Below are positions 1-7,401 of a stretch of DNA of 17,507 bases, piece after piece (within the stretch, counting starts at the first letter, position 1; every line of letters begins with the position of its first letter). Under the pieces are notes generated by a model, which made no database searches, was not told the origin of the DNA, and saw nothing but the letters and a program-made list of their open reading frames with translations. The DNA comes from an uncultured Porphyromonadaceae bacterium (GTDB taxonomy: Bacteria; Bacteroidota; Bacteroidia; Bacteroidales; Muribaculaceae), in contig CAMWSN010000038.1 in assembly GCA_947176925.1 (NCBI GenBank), positions 1 to 17,507 on the forward strand, in the 5' to 3' direction. Position numbers and translations under genes: made by a program.

Positions 1-447
1 GGGGAGGGTGGAGAGGTGGAAGCCGGCAGCGGTTAGCTGGCGGGCAAGTGCCGGTTTTCCGCGGAATCCATGGATAATCCAGGGGACAGTGGGGCGCAAT
101 TCCTTATGGAGTGCGAGGATTTCAGCCCATGCGCGGACAATGTGGAGAATCAGGGGCTTTTGCAAGCGCTCGGCTAATAGGGCATGTCGACGGGTAAGGT
201 TGATCTGCGCCTGAATGTCGCCTCCGCGCAGGCGGTCAATGCCACATTCCCCGACCATCACAACCTGAGGGGAGGCGGCCGTGCGTTCAACCCACTCGAA
301 GTCTACCCCCTCTGAGCCCCACCAAGGGTGCCAACCGACGGAATACATCGCCTCGGGGCGCACGGGCGTCTCGAGGCGGTCAAGGTTTATTATAGCGTTA
401 TCGGCTAATGGGTTATGAGTGTGAATATCTGCAACCTTAGGAATCAT
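1..447 (-). CDS. TatD-family metal-dependent hydrolase, partial. The N-terminus lies in the window and the 3' end runs off the window start.
   Basis: The minus-strand frame is open from the ATG at 447-445 down to position 1 (149 codons; my own translation). The protein begins MIPKVADIHTHNPL...VGWHPWW...VMVGECGIDRLRG, which matches the TatD DNase/hydrolase pattern (His-x-His metal site, ECG(L/I)D motif). The start overlaps the GH3 stop as ATGA. It is absent from the ORF track only because there is no stop inside the window. Confidence 0.6.
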   Translation of the reverse strand, partial: MIPKVADIHTHNPLADNAIINLDRLETPVRPEAMYSVGWHPWWGSEGVDFEWVERTAASPQVVMVGECGIDRLRGGDIQAQINLTRRHALLAERLQKPLILHIVRAWAEILALHKELRPTVPWIIHGFRGKPALARQLTAAGFHLSTLP

Positions 448-1943
448 ACGGTCTGGAGAATAGCGTCGGCAATGCGACGGTCCGGGCAGAGGCGGGGCAC
501 TTTGCGCTGACCTCCGAGCTTGCCGGTAGAGGCGAGCCAGGTGTCAAACGTGCCTTTGGGCAGGGGGATAACTTCCACGGGGTCAAGGAAGATAGAGCCT
601 TGGCGCTTGGCTGCATAATCCGAGTTTTCCAGACAGAGGTTGCTGTCCAGTTCAGTAGCAAAAGTCTTTATATCAGGGCGATAGCCGTTGAATTCCACAA
701 GCCACTGATGGCGTCCGCGGCTATGGTCGGTCGTATAGACCGGGGCGGCGGTATAGTCGCTGACCTGGCAATGGAGTTTATTGCAGGTTGAGGCGAGGGC
801 CGCGTCGGAATTGTGGACCATAAGTTCCTCGCCGAAAGCATTGATAAATAGCTTGGTACGTCCGGCAATCGAGATTCTCAGCGGGGCCGTAGACTCGATT
901 TTGACGGTGTCGCCAGTGGAGTATCGCCAGAGTCCGTTGGGAGCTGAGAGGATGAGGGCGTAGACCTTGCCTTGCTGCACCTCCCAAGCGGGCACGGGTT
1001 TTCCGCCGCCGAGGGGTTCGAATTCATAGAAGATGCCGACGTCAGGTAGGAGCAACATAGCTCCGGGCTCGCGGAGATCTTGAACGGCAAAGAATCCTTC
1101 GGAGGCGTTATACGTCTCGAGATAGCGCATTTTGGGGTCAGTGATGGCCTGATATTGAGCGCGATAGGGATCAAAGGAGATACCGCCGTGGAAGAAGACC
1201 TCAAGATTGGGCCACACGTCATGAATCGAATCGGCTCCGGCCTTTGCCATCACTTCGCGGATTACGGTGAGGAACCATGAGGGCACGCCCGAGATGGAGC
1301 GCACATCGGCCTTGAGACTTGCCTCGACAAGGGCGGGAAGTTTCTGCTTCCAGTCGGCCATTAGAGCGACATCCTTGGAGCGGGGTACGCGGAAGGCACC
1401 GGCCAGCGAGGGCATTGCGTCAATCATGTTTGCGGAAAGGTCACCGACGTGGACCCCGGCGGGAACATCGGTAAGAGCAGTGGCAAAAGAGCCACCTAAA
1501 ATAAAGGAGTTGCCTCCGAAAATTTTGCTGTCAGGATAGAGCTTCAGATATTGAGCTACGACGGACGACGAGCCGGCATAATGATTCCACTGAAGCGACT
1601 CCTTGGTTACGGGGATAAACTTCGAGCGCCCGTCAGAAGTGCCGGAACTTTGAGCGAAACGGCGCGTAACTCCGGGCCAGAGAACATCTTTCTCGCCGGC
1701 TAACATACGCATAACCTGAGGACGAATCTCTTCATAAGGGTGCATCGGAACGCGCTCGGCAAATTCCGCCGGAGTCTTGATGGTCCGGAAATCATATCGA
1801 CGGCCTATCTCAGTATTGCGTGCCGCGTGAATAAGTTGAGCAAGCGTCTCTTTCTGCACTTTCTCAATATCATCAGCATGGCGACTTAAAGAATTGGCTC
1901 TCGCAATGAAGAATGGTTTGGCTATGGGTGTGAAGTTAAGCAT
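444..1943 (-). CDS. GH3 auxin-responsive-promoter family protein (acyl-adenylate-forming enzyme superfamily)
   Basis: A 499-aa ORF. Its length and overall sequence recall the GH3-family proteins that are widely annotated in Bacteroidetes. It has an AT-rich upstream region with a -7 box. Confidence 0.7.
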   Translation of the reverse strand: MLNFTPIAKPFFIARANSLSRHADDIEKVQKETLAQLIHAARNTEIGRRYDFRTIKTPAEFAERVPMHPYEEIRPQVMRMLAGEKDVLWPGVTRRFAQSSGTSDGRSKFIPVTKESLQWNHYAGSSSVVAQYLKLYPDSKIFGGNSFILGGSFATALTDVPAGVHVGDLSANMIDAMPSLAGAFRVPRSKDVALMADWKQKLPALVEASLKADVRSISGVPSWFLTVIREVMAKAGADSIHDVWPNLEVFFHGGISFDPYRAQYQAITDPKMRYLETYNASEGFFAVQDLREPGAMLLLPDVGIFYEFEPLGGGKPVPAWEVQQGKVYALILSAPNGLWRYSTGDTVKIESTAPLRISIAGRTKLFINAFGEELMVHNSDAALASTCNKLHCQVSDYTAAPVYTTDHSRGRHQWLVEFNGYRPDIKTFATELDSNLCLENSDYAAKRQGSIFLDPVEVIPLPKGTFDTWLASTGKLGGQRKVPRLCPDRRIADAILQTV

Positions 1944-1960
1944 AATAGTTTCTGATTTTG

Positions 1961-1968
1961 CAAAGTTA
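1961..1968 (-). promoter_or_regulatory. Bacteroidetes-type -7 box (TAACTTTG on the minus strand) for the GH3 gene
   Basis: Read on the minus strand, the sequence is CGTAACTTTGCA. It matches the TAnnTTTG consensus and lies about 18 nt upstream of the GH3 ATG. Confidence 0.3.
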
Positions 1969-2004
1969 CGACAAATTTTGCGGTTTTGCAGTAAGTTTAG
2001 TTAT

Positions 2005-2012
2005 TAATTTTG
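2005..2012 (+). promoter_or_regulatory. Bacteroidetes-type -7 box (TAATTTTG) for module 1
   Basis: It matches TAnnTTTG. It is 38 nt upstream of the ATG at 2050, inside an AT-rich divergent intergenic region. Confidence 0.3.
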
Positions 2013-2049
2013 TGTTTTTCTTTTCATAATTATAACAAATAAAACCCTT

Positions 2050-3972
2050 ATGAAGTTGGATTTTAATTTACCAAAAATCGCAGACGTCAGTAAATCAAGC
2101 AATTGCACAGTAAATTTACGTGAACGCTATGGCGTATTGACTCCGTGTGGTACTCCCCCGACCGTTCAATCCGAGGCGGGAGTGCGTAATTTCCGTCTCC
2201 CTTCGGGCCGCATACTGAGTGTGGGCGCTGACCGCCATGACCTGATGATTGACGGCGAACTCATCGGCTCGCTCTCCTCGCCCTTCGGAGCGCTGCTGCC
2301 GGAAGGTCCCGGCGACGACTGCATCATCCTGACCACCAATTCGGCGCCCGAATGGCTGATTGACAGCGAACTGCGCGGCAAGTTCACTCCTCTGAAATCT
2401 GAGATCAACCTCTCGGCTGTCGGCGAGATGACGATGGAGCAATCCGTTGAAGCCCTGAAACTTAGCGGGAGTTATCCGCGAGCATCCGGAGAGCTGACAG
2501 CGCCGGATTTGTCTCAGGCACATAAGGTACTGAAAAACGCCCTGACGGCCGTCGAATCCCGCGCCGCCGGGGCCGGAATGAGGGTGCAACCCGTCTGGAT
2601 GGCTTGGCAGATTCTCGACGCCGGCGGAAAAGTCATATCCCGCTCGGAACCTATGTTGGTTCAGTCATCGGCCGGATTTCAGGCCACCGGAAGCGTCAAG
2701 ATGACCCTCACCCGCAAAGATGGAAAATTCACCTCATGTTCTGCCGGAAGCCTCACGGTGAAGACCTACGAAGTGAAACTCAAGATAGCCCGCAGCGAAG
2801 ATTCATGGCGCCGACAGCGTGCGGCGCAGATTGAGATTTTGGCTTCTCCGGCTCTTGAGTTTATCACCGGAGCTATGGGCGCATTCAATCAGGTTGATTC
2901 GACGTCATCAACCCTTTTTATCAGTCCCTTGGGGGCAGATTCTTCGAGCCTTAACGCACTGAAAGAGCGCACCCGTGCGTCATTCGCTCAGACGGCGCGG
3001 GTCATTGCGCGCATTGATCACCCCCTTGAAGGAGTGGAGCAGACCATCGGGGTCAGCCCGCTTGACGATTCTTCATCATGGACCTCAAGCATCGGCGAAC
3101 CGAATGCCGTGTGTGCGTATCGGGGCGGATCGGCGGTGGTCTACGCCGATTCGCGCCAACCGGGAATTCTCCTTGCGGCGCCTTCGCTGTCGCCCCTGTC
3201 GCCCATAGGCTCGGCCAAGGTTTCCACCGGACGCATAGAGGCTATAATGGCTCCCGTGGGCAACGGCGGCGGATGGAACTACGGGCGATACCATCTTCTT
3301 GTTTTTGCGACCGACGGGGTTTATGCCGTCAGCATTGACCGCACCCTCAGGGTCATTTCCTCCCAGCAGATTCACGGGTGCGGCGTAAGCGGTCCGGAGT
3401 CCGTAGCCCGGGCTTTTGACGCGATCTATTTTGCCGATTCCCGGGGTGAACTTCTGCGTTTAAAGGGTTCGAAAATAGAGTATATGCAAGCACCGTTTGC
3501 AGTGGCTTCGGTGGGCTTTTCATCGGCCTTTTCGGAGCTTTGGATTTCCTCTACTGCAGGTCAGCAGACCGCCTCGATAGCGTTACCGTCAATGAAATGC
3601 ACTTTGCGCTCTGATCTTCATGCGGTGCGGTTTGAGGCTGACGGCTTGGCCGTGGATACTTCCGGAGCGCTGCGGGACCTTCACCGGGAGACGGCGCGAA
3701 ATTGTCTCGTAGAATGGACCAGACGCATCGAAACGGATTTTCAAACGTGTGAGGCTACTTGGCAAATTGACTCGGCGATGGTCCAGGGTTTGGAGCTTAC
3801 ATTGGCGACCGATGGCGGAGGGGCGCCCCAGAGAGTTAATCAGCTGCGAATCAACGGGCGAATCAACGCGCCGCTGAGATTAAAAATTTATTCTCCCGCA
3901 AGACCTTACGTGACAGTTAGTTTTCGCGGAATAGTCTCACCGGATAGTCGATTCCGGAAAATAAAATTTTGA
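2050..3972 (+). CDS. hypothetical protein (640 aa), first gene of module 1
   Basis: A long ORF with no competing frame. GC is high (about 60%). I see no Walker A motif, no TM segments and no recognisable motifs. The overlapping antisense ORFs at 2116-2589 and 3085-3375 are probably spurious. Confidence 0.7.
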   Translation: MKLDFNLPKIADVSKSSNCTVNLRERYGVLTPCGTPPTVQSEAGVRNFRLPSGRILSVGADRHDLMIDGELIGSLSSPFGALLPEGPGDDCIILTTNSAPEWLIDSELRGKFTPLKSEINLSAVGEMTMEQSVEALKLSGSYPRASGELTAPDLSQAHKVLKNALTAVESRAAGAGMRVQPVWMAWQILDAGGKVISRSEPMLVQSSAGFQATGSVKMTLTRKDGKFTSCSAGSLTVKTYEVKLKIARSEDSWRRQRAAQIEILASPALEFITGAMGAFNQVDSTSSTLFISPLGADSSSLNALKERTRASFAQTARVIARIDHPLEGVEQTIGVSPLDDSSSWTSSIGEPNAVCAYRGGSAVVYADSRQPGILLAAPSLSPLSPIGSAKVSTGRIEAIMAPVGNGGGWNYGRYHLLVFATDGVYAVSIDRTLRVISSQQIHGCGVSGPESVARAFDAIYFADSRGELLRLKGSKIEYMQAPFAVASVGFSSAFSELWISSTAGQQTASIALPSMKCTLRSDLHAVRFEADGLAVDTSGALRDLHRETARNCLVEWTRRIETDFQTCEATWQIDSAMVQGLELTLATDGGGAPQRVNQLRINGRINAPLRLKIYSPARPYVTVSFRGIVSPDSRFRKIKF

Positions 3973-4013
3973 AAAAAGTTGTCAAAATATTTGCATTTTG
4001 CCAATTTATGTTG

Positions 4014-4021
4014 TAATTTTG
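4014..4021 (+). promoter_or_regulatory. -7 box (TAATTTTG) upstream of the small acidic protein
   Basis: It matches TAnnTTTG and is 34 nt upstream of the ATG at 4055. It argues against the ORF-track start at 3998. Confidence 0.3.
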
Positions 4022-4054
4022 CAATCATCAAACAAAACATTCATTACAAACATC

Positions 4055-4243
4055 ATGGAAGAAGAAAAGCTCAAAGAGCTGCTTGCCGACGCCGAGGAGC
4101 GCGGCTATCAGCGCGGACTCAATGCCCGCATCGAAGAAGAAATGAAACGTCCCGGAATATGGGAACAACCTCCGCAGGAAGAGTTACCTGAAGAAGACTA
4201 TCAAATCCTTGCCAATCCCCGACGCACCCCTTGGGACAATTAG
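4055..4243 (+). CDS. small acidic helical protein (62 aa); scaffold-like or cargo-like candidate
   Basis: An internal ATG sits at 4055, downstream of the promoter box. The protein is MEEEKLKELLADAEERGYQRGLNARIEEEMKRPGIWEQPPQEELPEEDYQ..., strongly charged and predicted helical. It lies immediately upstream of the capsid-like gene. Confidence 0.45.
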   Translation: MEEEKLKELLADAEERGYQRGLNARIEEEMKRPGIWEQPPQEELPEEDYQILANPRRTPWDN

Positions 4244-4310
4244 TAATTAGGAATTAGCAATTAGTAATTTTGTATTTTGTATTTTTCATTTTGTATTTTT
4301 CATTTAAGCT
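4244..4310. repeat. intergenic short tandem repeats, (TAGnAATT)x4 followed by (TTTTGTATTTTTCA)x2, containing a -7 box at 4265-4272
   Basis: The sequence reads tagtaattaggaattagcaattagtaatt then ttgtattttgtatttttcattttgtatttttcattt. A TAATTTTG box sits at 4265-4272, 38 nt before the ATG at 4311. Confidence 0.5.
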
Positions 4311-5531
4311 ATGATTCAGACTATCGAAACAACCGCACAACAAGCTCCCGAACTGCTCAAAAACGACATTGACCAGCGCCTGACCAAACTGCGCCCCATG
4401 TCGACCCCCGTTGACCAGATTTCACGCTTCACCGAGGCGCGACCCGTCAACAGCATGAAAGTGGGCTACTATGCCCTGGCCATGCGTGACTTTGAGACCA
4501 AAATCAGTGCCAACGTCTCCAAGACCGGTATCACCACCGAAGGTCAGGAAGTAAACTTCAAAGTAATCAATCCGGGAATTTTTGACGTCAGCGAGACGGT
4601 CATGATCGACGGCGTAAAGGACGACAACGGCGAACCGATGATTTTCTACGTCACGGGAATTGACCGTGCGAAAATGACCGTCAACCTCCGTCCGATAAAT
4701 CCGCAGACTGACTCGGACAACAACACCCCCTGTGTTCCCCGCATTGACAAGGGCACGACTATCATGCGCCTGGGACGCGCCGCCGGCGAACTTGACGTCC
4801 AGACCGGACAATACGAAACCCTTCCGGAAAAGAAGGAAAATTACTGTCAGATTTTCAAGTCACAGATAGAGCAGTCAACCTTGCTGACGCGCTCAAATAA
4901 GGAAGTAGGCTGGACCATGTCAGACCAGGAAGAAGTGGCCATCTATGACATGCGTTTGGGCATGGAGCGCTCATTCCTCTTCGGACATAAGGCCGTATTC
5001 TCTGACCCGGTGAAGAAATGTGACGTCTTTTTGACCGGCGGCATCTGGCATCAGGCCGGCAAGGAGGCCAACTACTCCGGCGAAACCATCTCGGCCAAGG
5101 ACTGGACCGAGATTATGGCCAAAGCCTTCACCGGCCATAACAGCGGCAAGCGCAAGGTCCTCATCGGAGGCACCAAACTCATTGAGCGCCTGAGCGTGAT
5201 GACCACCGAGAGCACTCAGCGCGTGATGATGTCAGAGCAGAAAGTCACCCGCTGGGGCATGGACTTCAGTGAGATGGTCACCAAGTTCGGCACCCTCTAC
5301 GTGATTCACTCAGAGGTACTCGACTCCTGCGTCCACACGGACGACGGCATCATCATCGATCCGGAATACCTGACCAAGTATGTCCACACGCCCTTCAAGG
5401 CTGAAACCCTGGACTTGCGCACGTCAGGCCAGCGCAACACGGAGGCCGTGGTCCTGACTGAAATCTCCTGCCTGGTTCTGCGCCACCCTCAGGCCCACTG
5501 CCGAATCATCAAAACCACTCCCCAGGCCTGA
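4311..5531 (+). CDS. HK97-fold major-capsid-protein-like protein (406 aa)
   Basis: The N-terminus (IDQRLTKLRPMSTPVDQI) resembles the start of HK97-family MCPs. The C-terminus (EISCLVLRHPQAHCRIIKTT) closely parallels the HK97 gp5 C-terminus (...LALAHYRPTAIIKGTF). The size fits HK97-fold MCPs. Its stop overlaps the next start (TGATG). Confidence 0.5.
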   Translation: MIQTIETTAQQAPELLKNDIDQRLTKLRPMSTPVDQISRFTEARPVNSMKVGYYALAMRDFETKISANVSKTGITTEGQEVNFKVINPGIFDVSETVMIDGVKDDNGEPMIFYVTGIDRAKMTVNLRPINPQTDSDNNTPCVPRIDKGTTIMRLGRAAGELDVQTGQYETLPEKKENYCQIFKSQIEQSTLLTRSNKEVGWTMSDQEEVAIYDMRLGMERSFLFGHKAVFSDPVKKCDVFLTGGIWHQAGKEANYSGETISAKDWTEIMAKAFTGHNSGKRKVLIGGTKLIERLSVMTTESTQRVMMSEQKVTRWGMDFSEMVTKFGTLYVIHSEVLDSCVHTDDGIIIDPEYLTKYVHTPFKAETLDLRTSGQRNTEAVVLTEISCLVLRHPQAHCRIIKTTPQA

Positions 5532-6016
5532 TGAAGCAGACTCTCACCCAAGCTCAGATGCTTGAGCGATGGAAAAGGAAACGTATGGTCGAGCCCCTGA
5601 GGCTCGACTGTACGGTCACCCGGACCGACGGACCGGACATAGACGCCATCCTCATTGACGAGATGCGTTCCTGGTACTTGAATCTGCTTGACAGCGGGCC
5701 CATGTCGTCCTTGGCGCCGGTTGACGTCACCATGACCTGCAAAACTGACCCCATCAGCGACGGACGTACGCTTATCACAGGGCCCGAAGGCTGCCGCCGG
5801 ATTCTATCCGTGAGATTTTCGGAATGGGACTTCCCTATCGAAGTCAAAAACGAACCGCCAAACATCAACTATAACCCCTATCAGCTGCGCCCGGAGGTCA
5901 TCAGGCTTGCACCGGACCGGGTGGCAGTCATCGGCGCCAAAGGGTCACTGCGCGAAGTCCTTGCTGCAGTCGACATATCTCCCGCAGTTTATATCCTTGA
6001 CGATTCCGTAATCTAA
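5531..6016 (+). CDS. hypothetical protein (161 aa), translationally coupled to the capsid-like gene
   Basis: A one-nucleotide stop/start overlap. No motifs recognised. A head-completion or adaptor role is possible only by position. Confidence 0.6.
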   Translation: MKQTLTQAQMLERWKRKRMVEPLRLDCTVTRTDGPDIDAILIDEMRSWYLNLLDSGPMSSLAPVDVTMTCKTDPISDGRTLITGPEGCRRILSVRFSEWDFPIEVKNEPPNINYNPYQLRPEVIRLAPDRVAVIGAKGSLREVLAAVDISPAVYILDDSVI

Positions 6017-6021
6017 ATCCC

Positions 6022-7269
6022 ATGCTAAACCAGATCCATAAGGCGGAAGCGGCCATGGCCTCATTCCGCAAAAACCGAGAATTGCTCAAGGAGTTTACCT
6101 TCGGAAGGCAATTACAGGACGTCCCGGACAAGAGCGGACGTCAACACCTGACCAATAACCTTATCCATCAGTTGGTCAAAACCCTCATAGGCCATTTTCG
6201 CGAACAAAGCGCCAAACAGCAGGATGACCATAACAGACTGTCAGAGTTGGATGCCCGGATGTTTGAAGAATTTCTGATTTCCGGAGCGGCTATCCAACAT
6301 ATCATCCGGGAGCGACGTCCGGGATTTCAGGAGGAACTGACGTGGGTCGACAACGTCAGCCCGGCAAACTTCTTTGCCTACCCCCTGCGCGATCCCCGCG
6401 CCCTCGACATCGAAATCATCGGCATGCGCCATGACTGGAGTATTTCCGAAGCCTTAGGTCGCCTGGCCTTCGGGTCACGTCAAGCCGCCCAACAGTTGAG
6501 GCAAAGGCTGCTGATGGAGGCCCGGGACCGCACTCCGGGATTTGAGCGATGTGAGATTATCGAGGTCTGGACGCGCGAAATCTCGGAAGTCTACCGATGT
6601 CATGACCGCAGTCGCGCCAAGATGATGATTGTCAGCGAGCGGGACCTCCCGGAAATCGCAAGGTTAAACCGCACATATAAACGCACGGGAAAACCGAAAA
6701 TCACCATTAAAATGGAGATGCAGACCCGATGGGTCGGCCGATACCTGACCGCTACCGGCTTCGAATTAGCTCGCCGCGAAGCCGAAAGACATCCGTTTGC
6801 CGTCAAATTCTATCCACTGCTCGACGGGGAGATTCACTCATTCGTGGCCGGCCTCGTAGACCAGCAGAAGTTTGTCAACCGGCTTGTCAATCAAGTGGAC
6901 AACATGATGACCACTTCGGCCAAGGGAGTCCTGCTCTTTCCGGAAGATGAACTTGCGGAACATTGCACCCTTGACCAAGTGGCGGAACTATGGTCCAGCT
7001 TCGACGGTGTCATACCCTACCTGCCCCGCTTGGGCTCCCAGGGACCGAAACAGGTAGTCACCAACCCGAGCGATTGCGGAGCCTACGAATTACTCAATAT
7101 TCAGATGCAATTCTTTGACCGCATCAGCGGTATCAGCAACGCGCTAAGAGGCAAAAACGACGGCGGCAACTCGGCCCAACTCTTTGACGCCCAAACGCGA
7201 AATTCCTTAGCCGCCATTGCCGACACCTTCGCCGCCTTCCGCGACTTCCAATCCTCCCGCCCCCTCTAA
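6022..7269 (+). CDS. hypothetical protein (415 aa), last gene of module 1
   Basis: A long ORF 5 nt after the previous stop. No Walker motif and no rolling-circle Rep motifs were recognised. It ends 36 nt before the palindrome/terminator. Confidence 0.65.
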   Translation: MLNQIHKAEAAMASFRKNRELLKEFTFGRQLQDVPDKSGRQHLTNNLIHQLVKTLIGHFREQSAKQQDDHNRLSELDARMFEEFLISGAAIQHIIRERRPGFQEELTWVDNVSPANFFAYPLRDPRALDIEIIGMRHDWSISEALGRLAFGSRQAAQQLRQRLLMEARDRTPGFERCEIIEVWTREISEVYRCHDRSRAKMMIVSERDLPEIARLNRTYKRTGKPKITIKMEMQTRWVGRYLTATGFELARREAERHPFAVKFYPLLDGEIHSFVAGLVDQQKFVNRLVNQVDNMMTTSAKGVLLFPEDELAEHCTLDQVAELWSSFDGVIPYLPRLGSQGPKQVVTNPSDCGAYELLNIQMQFFDRISGISNALRGKNDGGNSAQLFDAQTRNSLAAIADTFAAFRDFQSSRPL

Positions 7270-7305
7270 AAAAAATGTTTAATAACATATTTAAGTTTTT
7301 TTAAT

Positions 7306-7335
7306 AATTATCTTCCCTCGCGAGGGAAGATAATT
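7306..7335 (+). terminator. 30-bp perfect palindrome (AATTATCTTCCCTCG/CGAGGGAAGATAATT) followed by a T-rich run. It is a probable intrinsic terminator of module 1, or alternatively an operator.
   Basis: The arms are exactly complementary (read directly). An A-run lies upstream and TATTATTTTT downstream. It sits between two co-oriented gene clusters. Confidence 0.55.
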
Positions 7336-7338
7336 TAT

Positions 7339-7346
7339 TATTTTTG
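7339..7346 (+). promoter_or_regulatory. possible -7 box (TATTTTTG) for module 2
   Basis: It matches TAnnTTTG, but it lies 56 nt upstream of the ATG at 7402, which is longer than for the other boxes. Confidence 0.2.
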
Positions 7347-7401
7347 GCAGATAAAACACCAAATTATAAACCAATTCACACATAAACCTTTTTTTAGATA
7401 T

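Noticed and set aside
600-1280. Several 60-114-aa ORFs on both strands within 437-1539
   Set aside because: All are nested inside the 499-aa GH3 gene, which is a much stronger candidate with family-level similarity.
2116-2589. 157-aa and 80-aa minus-strand ORFs antisense to the 640-aa gene, plus similar antisense or nested ORFs at 2604-2834, 2975-3375, 4422-4811, 5554-5868, 6241-6432, 6600-6950, 7528-7839 and 8094-8560
   Set aside because: All lie entirely inside longer, better-supported plus-strand ORFs in GC-rich or low-complexity DNA, where stop-free antisense frames arise by chance. They have no promoter boxes and start at arbitrary points.
2050-3972. Large terminase or portal assignment for the 640-aa protein
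   Set aside because: No Walker A (GxxxxGK[ST]) or nuclease motifs for a terminase. A portal cannot be supported or excluded by eye, so it stays hypothetical.
3998-4054. ORF-track start of the small protein at 3998 (81 aa)
   Set aside because: The TAATTTTG -7 box at 4014-4021 lies inside this 5' extension, and the extension encodes a hydrophobic stretch unlike the rest of the protein. The internal ATG at 4055 is preferred.
2050-7269. Integrated Microviridae (Alpavirinae-like) prophage. The size (about 5.2 kb) and the 640-aa first gene are reminiscent of VP1.
   Set aside because: I found no rolling-circle Rep motifs (HuH / YxxK) in any product, and the 406-aa protein's termini resemble HK97-fold capsids rather than microvirus jelly-roll VP1. 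The gene order does not match VP1-VP2-VP4 either.
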